The notes under the pieces were generated by a model. That model was given only the letters and a program-made list of their open reading frames with translations. It searched no databases and was not told the DNA's origin. A stretch of 17,079 nt of DNA from Promethearchaeota archaeon (GTDB lineage: Archaea; Asgardarchaeota; Lokiarchaeia; Sigyniarchaeales; SOKP01). Position numbers and translations under genes: made by a program. The stretch is taken from the NCBI GenBank assembly GCA_019894975.1, contig JAGXNO010000060.1, positions 1 to 17,079 of the forward strand, given 5' to 3'. Of the stretch, positions 8,222 through 16,670 are shown piece after piece (positions within the stretch are counted from its first letter, which is position 1; the number at the start of each line of letters is the position of its first letter).

Positions 8222-9126
8222 TGTCGTCATATCCCAGTGAACAACCAGAACATCCATACTTCTCTATTTCAATGCCAGGAAAGTTTTTCAAAAGATACTT
8301 CTCTCTTTTCTGTGCAGGATGTGGTTATGGAATAATAGGTCATCTTTTCAACCGTGTATTTGAAGATGAAAAACTAGATCCTAAATTGTATCCAGTAGTT
8401 ATTGGAATCGGGTGTTATAGTCAGATTTTGTTAACTTTACATCATGCTACACAGAGAATATTGACATTACATGGTCGAGCACCAGCATTAGCTACAGGAA
8501 TGAAAATGGCAAACCCAAAAATGAAACCCATTATTTTTACAGGAGATGGTGATAGTCTAGGAATAGGGGGAAATCATTTTATGCATATTTGCCGAAGAAA
8601 TCTTGATTGTGTTATCCTTATTTTTAATAATAGTATTTATGCTATGACTGGTGGACAAGGCGCACCCACAACTTTATTTGGTGCTATGAGTTCAACTACA
8701 CCGTATAAAATGTTCGAAAATAGGGCCGATGGTGTTAAACTTGCACTCACTGCAGGAGCTACTTATGTTGCACGAACAACAGTTGCTCACCCCCGAACTT
8801 TAATGAAATATTTTAGAAAGGGATTAAAACATAAAGGTACTGCTGTAATAGAAATAATTACTCCTTGTGTTACATACTTTGGAAGAAAAAATCTTGATAG
8901 TTTAGGATCAGAAACTTTAGGTATAAAAGGACAGAAAATGGATAATACTGGAATTATGATTGACTGGATTAAAAGAAATAGTTTACGAATTAATCAAGCG
9001 AAATTCATGACAGAAGAAGAACTGATGAATAAATATATCATTGGAGAATTTAGATTTGATCCTAATAGACCAGAATATTCTGAAGAATATGAGAAAATAA
9101 AGCAAATTGCAATGGGGGAGAAGTAA
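8221..9126 (+). CDS. 2-oxoacid:ferredoxin oxidoreductase beta subunit (TPP-binding, KorB-like)
   Basis: CAGCG, GIGC, HGRA, GDGD...NN..YAMTGGQ and TPC. Overlaps the alpha stop as TAATG. Confidence 0.94.
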   Translation: MSSYPSEQPEHPYFSISMPGKFFKRYFSLFCAGCGYGIIGHLFNRVFEDEKLDPKLYPVVIGIGCYSQILLTLHHATQRILTLHGRAPALATGMKMANPKMKPIIFTGDGDSLGIGGNHFMHICRRNLDCVILIFNNSIYAMTGGQGAPTTLFGAMSSTTPYKMFENRADGVKLALTAGATYVARTTVAHPRTLMKYFRKGLKHKGTAVIEIITPCVTYFGRKNLDSLGSETLGIKGQKMDNTGIMIDWIKRNSLRINQAKFMTEEELMNKYIIGEFRFDPNRPEYSEEYEKIKQIAMGEK

Positions 9127-9129
9127 AAA

Positions 9130-9726
9130 TTGGCACGTTATGAAATACGTATTGCTGGATTTGGAGGACAGGGTGTAATTACCCTATCAAAAATGATAAT
9201 AACTGCTGCTTCGCTTTATGAAAACTTAGCAGCTACTCAAACTGAAGCTTATAGTGCTTCTGCTCGTGGAGGTGCTTGTTGGGCAGAAGTTGTTGTGGAA
9301 TTAGATAAAAGTATAGAAGTTATTGATTATCCTCAAGCCTTAAAGCCATACGATTTTTTAATTGTACTTTCTGGAGAGTCAGCAGCCCGTGTTACTCCCG
9401 ATCAGTTTAAGACTGACGAAAACACAGGATATCTTATTTGGGATCCATCAACGATCAAAGATTTTAAAACAGCAAAACAAATTCGAAAATCATTAAGTAT
9501 TCCTGTTCAAAAAATAGCGGTTGAAAATTTTGGGAATATTGTGTTTGGGAACTCGATACTTTTTGGTGCCTTTACATTCCTCTCAGGAATAATATCAGAA
9601 GAATCTGCGATTGAAACCTTAAAGAAATTTGTACCAAATTCTACATTAGAAAAAAATTTAGAAGCATTTGAATTAGGAAAAAAAGAAGCGCAAGAATTTA
9701 TGAAAATGTTAAAGGAGGATAATTAG
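9130..9726 (+). CDS. 2-oxoacid:ferredoxin oxidoreductase gamma subunit (KorC/G-like)
   Basis: IRIAGFGGQG, Y...ARGG, N...GA, N..AF..G. TTG start 3 nt after the beta stop. Confidence 0.93.
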   Translation: MARYEIRIAGFGGQGVITLSKMIITAASLYENLAATQTEAYSASARGGACWAEVVVELDKSIEVIDYPQALKPYDFLIVLSGESAARVTPDQFKTDENTGYLIWDPSTIKDFKTAKQIRKSLSIPVQKIAVENFGNIVFGNSILFGAFTFLSGIISEESAIETLKKFVPNSTLEKNLEAFELGKKEAQEFMKMLKEDN

Positions 9727-9730
9727 AGAT

Positions 9731-11548
9731 ATGTATATTAACAAAATAAAAAAGGGATGGCAAGAATTAGATTCTGAGATAATTAGAACAGGCAAATGTG
9801 TATATTGTGGTGCATGTGGGGCGTTTTGTGCAAATATAAAGTTTGATACCTCTAAAGAAATTCCAATCGAGGATGGTTCGTGCCAAGATAGTAATACTTG
9901 TAGAGATGGATTCGGATTATGTTACAATTTATGCCCAAAAACGGGAAATGATCAAATACCTTTATCTCTGTTAGATAAATGGGTATTTGGAAAGGAGCAG
10001 GATAGAATATTAGGTCATTACATAAATATTTTAACTGTGAGATTAACGGATACTGCAAAACAAAGACTTCCTATTGAAGCGGGTCCTATTACTGCCTTAT
10101 TATATACTGCTATGGAGGTAGGAAAAATCGATTGTGCAATACTTACAGATAAGGATGAGAATTTTATACCCCATCCCATAATGGCAACAAATCAAGAGCA
10201 GATTTTTAGCAGTGTGGGATATAAACCAAGTCAAAGTCCAACCTTGTCATTAATAGGAGATGCGATAAATAAAGAATATACTAATACCGCTGTTGTTGGT
10301 ACCCCCTGCCAAATTCAAGCATTAAGAAAATTACAAAATCATCCCATATTTGATTATGAAGCATATGATTTGATTTCACTAGCAATAGGGACTTTTTGCT
10401 TTGGAACGTATTATAACCAACTGCTAGCTCAATGTCTTGAGGATTTTAATATAGATCACAAGGAAATTAAGAAATTTGACTCAAATAAAAGTGATTTTAA
10501 ACTAAAAATTTTTACAACCTCAGGTACTAAGGAGATTCCACTAAATTATATTTATGATAAATCAATTCGCAATGCCTGTTTTTCATGCTCAGATTATACT
10601 GCTGAATTTGCGGATATATCTGTTGGTAATGTTGGAAGTGAGAAAGACTGGAAGACTCTGATTGTTAGAACTGAAAGAGGGAAGGAAATTATTGATATTT
10701 GCATTGAGAAAGGTTTTCTTGAAATTAAGAATCTTCCGAATGAAGACGAGGAATTGGTATTAGATATTACAAGAAAGAAAACAGATCTTGCTAAAATAGA
10801 ATCTATAGAAGAACTATCACCTGAAATTAAAAGCTTTAAGATCCGAAATGAAAGAATTGCTAAAGCATATAAACCCGGCATGTTTGTGGTTTTATGGCTT
10901 CCCGATACAGATTTCTTACCTATGTCTATTTCCCAAATAGAGGGTAATTTAATTGAAATAACCGTACAGAAAATCGGTGAGGGTACGGGAAAATTATTTG
11001 AACTGAATGAAGGTGATAGACTTGGTATTAAAGGTCCTTTTGGTAACTCATGGAATTACGAAGATGCGTCTAACATTTTAATTGTTGGAGGAGGAATGGG
11101 GATTGCCGCTCTAACGTCATTAATTGAGCCATTAAAAAAAAATAAAAAGAACCTCTACTTAACTATTGGAGCTAAAGACAAAGCCTCATTAATATATGCT
11201 GATCGACTAACAAATATTATCCCAAATACAATGTGTTCCACCGATGATGGTTCTTTTGGTAAGAAGTGTTATGTAACCGACACTATTGAGGATATTATGA
11301 CTAAGAACAACATCGATATGGTTATTACTTGTGGTCCTGAAATAATGATGAAAAAAGTCTTAAATCTTGCTGAATCAAAGAAAATCCAAATCCAAGCTTC
11401 CCTTGAAAGAAAAATGAAATGTGGTGTTGGAGTATGTGGTTCCTGTTGTATTGGTGAAAATAATGATGTTTCTGTTTGTAATGAGGGACCAATCTTTACT
11501 TCTGAACAACTGAAGAAAATTCCTCAGTTTGGAAGCTATGAAAAATGA
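9731..11548 (+). CDS. Fusion of an Fe-S/FrhB-FdhB (F420-binding beta subunit family) domain and a PyrK-like FAD/NAD(P)/[2Fe-2S] electron-transfer domain
   Basis: N-terminal CVYCGAC...C and CYNLCP; FrhB motifs VGTPCQ, IGTFC, CFSC.D, ADISVG, IVRT..G. From ~aa 353, PyrK motifs PGMFV, PMS, GPFGN, GGGMGIA, TDDGS.G, CGPEIMM, SLE..M.CGVG.CG.C and C.EGP. AAGGAGG RBS inside the gamma gene. Confidence 0.9.
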   Translation: MYINKIKKGWQELDSEIIRTGKCVYCGACGAFCANIKFDTSKEIPIEDGSCQDSNTCRDGFGLCYNLCPKTGNDQIPLSLLDKWVFGKEQDRILGHYINILTVRLTDTAKQRLPIEAGPITALLYTAMEVGKIDCAILTDKDENFIPHPIMATNQEQIFSSVGYKPSQSPTLSLIGDAINKEYTNTAVVGTPCQIQALRKLQNHPIFDYEAYDLISLAIGTFCFGTYYNQLLAQCLEDFNIDHKEIKKFDSNKSDFKLKIFTTSGTKEIPLNYIYDKSIRNACFSCSDYTAEFADISVGNVGSEKDWKTLIVRTERGKEIIDICIEKGFLEIKNLPNEDEELVLDITRKKTDLAKIESIEELSPEIKSFKIRNERIAKAYKPGMFVVLWLPDTDFLPMSISQIEGNLIEITVQKIGEGTGKLFELNEGDRLGIKGPFGNSWNYEDASNILIVGGGMGIAALTSLIEPLKKNKKNLYLTIGAKDKASLIYADRLTNIIPNTMCSTDDGSFGKKCYVTDTIEDIMTKNNIDMVITCGPEIMMKKVLNLAESKKIQIQASLERKMKCGVGVCGSCCIGENNDVSVCNEGPIFTSEQLKKIPQFGSYEK

Positions 11549-11570
11549 AATATTATTTGAAAAATTCTTA

Positions 11571-11577
11571 TTTTTTT
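11571..11577 (+). terminator. Putative archaeal oligo(T) terminator of the OFOR operon
   Basis: T7 run 22 nt after the stop at 11548, in the convergent gap. Confidence 0.35.
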
Positions 11578-11587
11578 ACTTCCTGTT

Positions 11588-13189
11588 TTATTCAATTTTG
11601 CTTAAATGCTTAATTCCCAAAAATAATAGAGGAATTGCAATTACTCCTGAAATTAATATCATAGGACTTAAATAAAATAGTTGTGCAAGATGTGGTGACG
11701 TTGGTGGACTAAAAAAGAGTAAAAGAGCCGTAAAAATTATCTGAAATGGAATCATTTGTAATACCATTAGTATTAAATTATTTGTAGTCATAGCCCGTCC
11801 TTTTTCTTCAAATGAAGGGCTGAAACATTGGATACCAACTGCTTGAAACATAACTAATTGATTATAGATTAAATAAAAAGTAAAGAAAAAGATAATTGTA
11901 AAGACATCAAATTTAAAGAAGATAGCAAAGAAAATAGTTAAACCTAAGGTCATAATTACATTCATCAAAAACATTGCTAAAATATAAGAGTAAACCAAAG
12001 CTCTTACATTTCTAGGACTCCTTTTATAAACCCAAATTAAATCTTTAGATCCTACAAAAATATAACTTCCAAAAAGTAAACCATACATCATGCCCCCCAT
12101 GATAATTACCATTACAATAATTAGTGATTGGACTATAGATACTTCTGTACCCATTGTAAAAGAAAAAATTACTCCCAATACTCCAACAATCCCACACACA
12201 TAAACGATTTTCATTATTGTTTCTCTTTTTCTTAAAAATTCCTTTAATTGTGTAATGATTAATCCTTCCCACTTATGTCCGGTAATTTTTCGGGTCATTA
12301 AGTAGAATTTATTCTCAGACTCAATTACCATAGTAATTTTTTCAATTCCTCCCTCAACGGTAAAGAAACTCTCTGCCTTTTTATATGCAATATATAGAAA
12401 TAAAACTGGAATAATTATAGCAATCAAACTACTATACCAAATATTTAAAAAATAATTGCTTATCAAACTAGGTTCTATAAAATATAAAATTATATTCGAA
12501 AACCATATTGAAGGATAAAAACTTACCCAATTTCTCAGTTCGGGGTTATTAATAAGATAATTAAACAAAAATTGGAGAGAATAAATTACGGCTATTATCG
12601 CTATTGAAAGAAGAAACATTAGGACCTTACCTATATCTCGAGCACGTTCACTTTTCGCAATTTTATGCTCAAGCCAAGATGAAATAATCGATCCTAGTAA
12701 AGCTGCGAATAGAACCAGACCAAAAATGCATGAATAAATGATAACATAATGCATTACAATAAGATTAATAATAGGATTTAACATTCCAATTATAAGGGGC
12801 GTTGCAATTAAAATAATTGCTGTATAGATTGGGAATTTACCTATGAATTCCCCTAAAAAAATATCCCCTGAAGTAGCTGGAGATGCTAATAAAATTTCTT
12901 TAAAGCCTATTTCAGTCTTCCTATAAACAGTGTTTAATGGGTATATCAAGATGAAAAGAAATAAAGTCATCATACCAAATTCAATTAAAAGTGACACCAC
13001 CAGTAAGATTTCAGGACCCACTATATCTATTATAGTGGGCATAAAAATGTCAAAAATAGCGGGACATAGAAAAAATGCCCATATCAACAACACACTATAT
13101 AAAATGATTAAAAAAAGTACTCTGTTTTTGCGAAAAAGGCTAGTTCTTAACCGTATCTCATTTTTAGCTATTGATTTCCAGAGAGCCAT
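11588..13189 (-). CDS. Multi-pass ABC exporter-type permease
   Basis: Many hydrophobic segments in two similar halves (KNEIRL / LKEFLR), directly downstream of an ABC ATPase. ATG at 13189 (MALWKS) is preferred over the track's TTG at 13270, which would overlap the ATPase by 65 nt. Confidence 0.8.
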   Translation of the reverse strand: MALWKSIAKNEIRLRTSLFRKNRVLFLIILYSVLLIWAFFLCPAIFDIFMPTIIDIVGPEILLVVSLLIEFGMMTLFLFILIYPLNTVYRKTEIGFKEILLASPATSGDIFLGEFIGKFPIYTAIILIATPLIIGMLNPIINLIVMHYVIIYSCIFGLVLFAALLGSIISSWLEHKIAKSERARDIGKVLMFLLSIAIIAVIYSLQFLFNYLINNPELRNWVSFYPSIWFSNIILYFIEPSLISNYFLNIWYSSLIAIIIPVLFLYIAYKKAESFFTVEGGIEKITMVIESENKFYLMTRKITGHKWEGLIITQLKEFLRKRETIMKIVYVCGIVGVLGVIFSFTMGTEVSIVQSLIIVMVIIMGGMMYGLLFGSYIFVGSKDLIWVYKRSPRNVRALVYSYILAMFLMNVIMTLGLTIFFAIFFKFDVFTIIFFFTFYLIYNQLVMFQAVGIQCFSPSFEEKGRAMTTNNLILMVLQMIPFQIIFTALLLFFSPPTSPHLAQLFYLSPMILISGVIAIPLLFLGIKHLSKIE

Positions 13190-13205
13190 TCTATGTTTAT
13201 CATCT

Positions 13206-14048
13206 TTATTTCTTTTTTTTAATTTTCTTATCTTTTTCAAGTTTTTGAGGAACTGCTTCCCTCCATACAAGTAAATCCTCTATACGCTTGGCACCCATTA
13301 TTTTAAGATAGGCTTCTTCTAGATCTTTAGTTTCCGCTGACTCAATTATTTCTTTTGGTGTTCCCTCTACTTTTATTTTCCCATTATCAATTATTCCGAT
13401 TAAATCGCATAGTTCTTCTGCTGCATCAAGAAGATGAGTACATATAAAAACGGTTTTATCCGCTTTCTTAGTGAGATCAGATATTAAATCTTTTACCATT
13501 CTGGCAGCTGCAGGATCTAGATTCGATGTCGGTTCATCTAGAAAAAGAATTTTTGGATCCTGAATTAAAGCGGCACATAAACAAACCTTTTGCTTCATTC
13601 CTCTACTATATCCTTCTAAGAGATCATTTTCACGTCCCCCTAAATCAAATATACCAATTAATTCCTCAATACGATTAAAAATAATATCTTTTGGAAGATA
13701 ATATAATTCCCCTACAAACTCTAAAAATTCTTTTGCTGTTAATTTTTGATATAAGCCCGGTGTTTCAGGTAGGAAGCCAGAATTAATTTTAACTTGTTGA
13801 CTCTGATTAATAATATCATATCCTACCACTTTCGCATTTCCTGAAGTTGGTGAAATAATAGAATTAAGCATTCGTACGGTAGTAGTTTTTCCGGCTCCGT
13901 TGGGACCAAGTAATCCAAATGTTGATCCATAAGGAATTTTTAGGTTTAAATTATCAACAGCTATAACGTTTCCGAAATTCTTAGTAAGGTTGTTTGTTAT
14001 TATTGCATATTTTTCAGAAATATTAATACACACCCAAATTTGAAACAA
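13206..14048 (-). CDS. ABC transporter ATP-binding protein (multidrug/ABC-2 type)
   Basis: Walker A GPNGAGKT, signature YSRGMKQK, Walker B LFLDEPT, H-loop CTH. Start uncertain: TTG at 14048, GTG at 14033 or ATT at 14021. Confidence 0.93.
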   Translation of the reverse strand: MFQIWVCINISEKYAIITNNLTKNFGNVIAVDNLNLKIPYGSTFGLLGPNGAGKTTTVRMLNSIISPTSGNAKVVGYDIINQSQQVKINSGFLPETPGLYQKLTAKEFLEFVGELYYLPKDIIFNRIEELIGIFDLGGRENDLLEGYSRGMKQKVCLCAALIQDPKILFLDEPTSNLDPAAARMVKDLISDLTKKADKTVFICTHLLDAAEELCDLIGIIDNGKIKVEGTPKEIIESAETKDLEEAYLKIMGAKRIEDLLVWREAVPQKLEKDKKIKKKK

Positions 14049-14204
14049 AATTTCAATTTTCTTAATTAATTTTTCTTTAAATGTTCTTAATAAAAAAAGT
14101 TTTATGAGTAGTAAGTATATTGATTGAATATTTCATCTAAACATAACGATATTTGGAAATAATTATTTTCGGAATCATAAGATTGAAATAAATAAAACTA
14201 TCTT

Positions 14205-14215
14205 AAAAAAAAAAA
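14205..14215 (-). terminator. Putative oligo(T) terminator after dppC
   Basis: T11 run on the minus strand immediately after the TAA stop (14216-14218). Confidence 0.5.
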
Positions 14216-15353
14216 TTAGATATTTTTTAATCTTGGATCTAGAGCATCTCTTAGTCCATCCCCTACTAGCATAAATCCTAATACTGTTAAAAATATCATA
14301 ACTCCAGGCCATAACCCAGCCCAAGGTGCTTCGTATGGATTTTCTCGAGCAATATTTATATCATTACCCCATTCAATTGTTACAGATTGATTTACACCTA
14401 AAAAGGAAAGCCCTGCTAATCCCAAGATTACCGTTCCCAAATTAAAAGTGACAGATATGATAATTGGTTGTATTACATTTGGAAGTATATGTTTAAACAT
14501 GATTCTCCAATTTCCCGCTCCAGACGTTACTGCTGCGTTTATATAAGGGAGATTTCTCGTTAATAATACATTTCCTCTGATCAAACGAGCATAAAATGGG
14601 ATGCCTAAAAATCCATAAATCAACAGGATCATTTCTAAAAATGGTCCATAAATTGCGATAAATACTAAAGCAAGGATTAGTGCTGGGAAAGCAAGAAAGA
14701 TATCACAGATCCTCATTATTAATAAATCTACCCATCCCCCATAATAAGCAGCCAGTACACCAAGTAAAACACCCCCAATAACACTAAGAGTGAGTGAAGG
14801 TAAAGCAATTGTTAAAGAAGTTCTTGCACCCCAGATTAATCTTGACAAAACATCCCCTCCCATGGCAGTTTGACTTGTTATGTTAAATAAGCAAGATCTT
14901 ACAGAAGTCATAGGAGAAGAAGATTTTAAGCAAGTTTTAAAAGATGAGAAGCTATGGTATGAACCTGAAGATGAATTATATAGATGGAATCTAATAATTT
15001 ATAAATGGATGTTCAGGAAAAGGAGGATTCCAAGAACCAACTTGAGGTATCATTGCTTGTCGCATTGATTGGGTAGACAACCATGGAGCAAAAACCGCGA
15101 GGGAGACGATTAGAAAAATAATGCAAAAACCCAAAACAGTTAGTGGATTTTTTAATCTCTTAATAAAATGCCTCTTAGTTGCAGCTTTTTCAAATTCTAG
15201 TTCTCTAAAAGTTAATTCTTCAAGCCTAGATCCTGGGAGAAGTAAAAATTTGATATTCTTAAAAATCCAAGTAAGCAGTTATTTTGGGATTTCTCCTGTT
15301 TCTTCAGAATCTTTTAGCTCTTCTTTTTCTACTATTACATAAGATTTTTCCAT
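14216..15353 (-). pseudogene. dppC: DppC/OppC-type peptide ABC permease, disrupted by an in-frame TAA and a frameshifting insertion
   Basis: From ATG 15353: MEKSYV...GEIPK*LLTWIFK...LKNPLTVLGFCIIFLIVSLAVFAPWL...PPFPEHPF, then ~127-128 bp of foreign DNA, then in another frame QTAMGGDVLSRLIWGARTSL...HILPN...GDGLRDALDPRLKNI. Confidence 0.88.
14875..15002 (+). other. Inserted fragment resembling part of a small GTPase gene (G4 region), antisense to dppC
   Basis: Plus frame reads LVMLNKQDLTEVIGEEDFKQVLKDEKLWYEPEDELYRWNLIIY(K): a hydrophobic strand followed by NKQD (14886-14897). Confidence 0.65.
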
Positions 15354-15371
15354 AACTAATTCACATTAAGA

Positions 15372-16403
15372 TTAGGAATATCTTATTCTCGGATCTAAAA
15401 TCGCATAAAGTACATCAGTCATTAAATTTGCGATAATGAAAATCACTGTAATGAGAAATACCAGCGCAGCTAAAACCCAATAATCGTATAATAGAATGGC
15501 ATCAATAAATAATTTTCCTATTCCGTTTAAGCCAAAAGTTGTTTCAGTAAGAACCGCACCTCCCAATAAGCCAGCAATATTTAAACCTATTATTGTTACC
15601 GTTGGAATTAGAGCATTTCTCAAAGCGTGGGAGTGTATCACTTCTTTTTCTTTACATCCCTTAGCTCTTGCTGTTCTCACAAAATCTTGCTCTAACACTT
15701 CTAGCATGCTTGATCTCGTTTGTCTTGTAATAGATGCAAGGGTAATAAATGATAGACAAAAAACGGGTAACGCTAAATGCCATAAATAATCCCCAATCAA
15801 GTACCAGTGCCCTGACAAAAATGAGTCAATTAAGATAAATCCTGTTACATAAGGAGGATCAACATATGCTGCTGTTAAATGCCCCGTTGGTTCGAAAAGT
15901 TTTAATTGATACCCTAGAGTGAATTGAAGCAACATACCTAAAAAGAATACTGGTAAAGCAACTCCTACTAAAGCAAATCCTCTTACAATTGTATCAGGAG
16001 AATCATTTCTATGAGTGGCAGAGACAATACCAGCTTTAATACCCAGATAGGCGGAAATCGCCATTGAATAGATTGTAAGATCAATAGTTAATGGTATTCT
16101 TTCCATGACTAAATCCCAAACAGGTTGATTTCGAACTATGGATACAGAAACACCCCAATGTCCTGTAAATAATTCACCTAAATATCGTAAATACTGGATA
16201 ATTATTGGATCACATAATCCTAGTTGACATTTCATTTGAGTGTACATTTCAGCTGAGGGGTTACGAACTCCCGAAGCAGCTAATCTTGCGGCGATAGGGT
16301 CTCCAGGCATCATTCTAGAAAGAATGAATGTTAAAGTTAATACCCCGAATAACACAGGGATCATTACAACTAATCTCCTGATTATGTATTTAATTAAACT
16401 CAT
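15372..16403 (-). CDS. dppB: DppB/OppB-type peptide ABC permease
   Basis: YIIRRL..IPVL.GV, PGDP, QY..Y, HL.LP, RSSMLEVL.QDFVRTARAKG, H.LRNA, E..F...GIG, D..YA.LDPRIRY. Confidence 0.95.
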   Translation of the reverse strand: MSLIKYIIRRLVVMIPVLFGVLTLTFILSRMMPGDPIAARLAASGVRNPSAEMYTQMKCQLGLCDPIIIQYLRYLGELFTGHWGVSVSIVRNQPVWDLVMERIPLTIDLTIYSMAISAYLGIKAGIVSATHRNDSPDTIVRGFALVGVALPVFFLGMLLQFTLGYQLKLFEPTGHLTAAYVDPPYVTGFILIDSFLSGHWYLIGDYLWHLALPVFCLSFITLASITRQTRSSMLEVLEQDFVRTARAKGCKEKEVIHSHALRNALIPTVTIIGLNIAGLLGGAVLTETTFGLNGIGKLFIDAILLYDYWVLAALVFLITVIFIIANLMTDVLYAILDPRIRYS

Positions 16404-16670
16404 ATGTTACAAAACCCACCATATTTAATATTTTTAATTACTGATTAATTATTATTAAATTACGATTTCAGATCTTGAGAATAATTTTTTTATTTTAATA
16501 TTTATATATACAACTGTTTTGCATTTCTTTTTAATTCAAAATACAATTAAATACCCAAACCACTCGCAGTAATATTTTCAAAATATTTTGACAATGAATT
16601 TCGATTCTCACCTTCCAAAAAAAATCGTGACTAAAAATTTTTTAATCCCTGTTTTTTTTCTATATTTAAC

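Noticed and set aside
2859-11548. Selenocysteine or pyrrolysine readthrough in the redox and methyltransferase genes
   Set aside because: All ORFs are full length with no in-frame TGA/TAG at catalytic positions.
1-11548. pyrF plus the PyrK domain as a pyrimidine cluster
   Set aside because: They are ~9-10 kb apart in different transcription units, with no pyrD in the window.
14216-14911. 231-aa ORF as an intact dppC
   Set aside because: Its ATG and first ~12 codons lie in the insert; the true N-terminus is at 15003-15353 in another frame.
14875-15002. Archaeal bulge-helix-bulge intron in dppC
   Set aside because: Excision of 127 nt restores the frame, but the junction sequences do not pair into a 4-bp central helix in either register. 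The insert looks like antisense coding DNA, and the upstream TAA would remain.
14875-15002. MITE or IS remnant
   Set aside because: No terminal inverted repeats, target-site duplication or transposase signal seen.
14880-15068. 62-aa plus-strand ORF as a real gene
   Set aside because: Chimeric: the first ~41 codons come from the insert and the rest is antisense dppC.
2394-16428. Short shadow ORFs (2394-2576, 4858-5109, 5620-5847, 6318-6503, 7009-7353, 9852-10058, 10594-10881, 12045-12272, 12930-13274, 15121-15342, 15496-15789, 16240-16428)
   Set aside because: Antisense or off-frame within well-supported genes, with no recognisable motifs.
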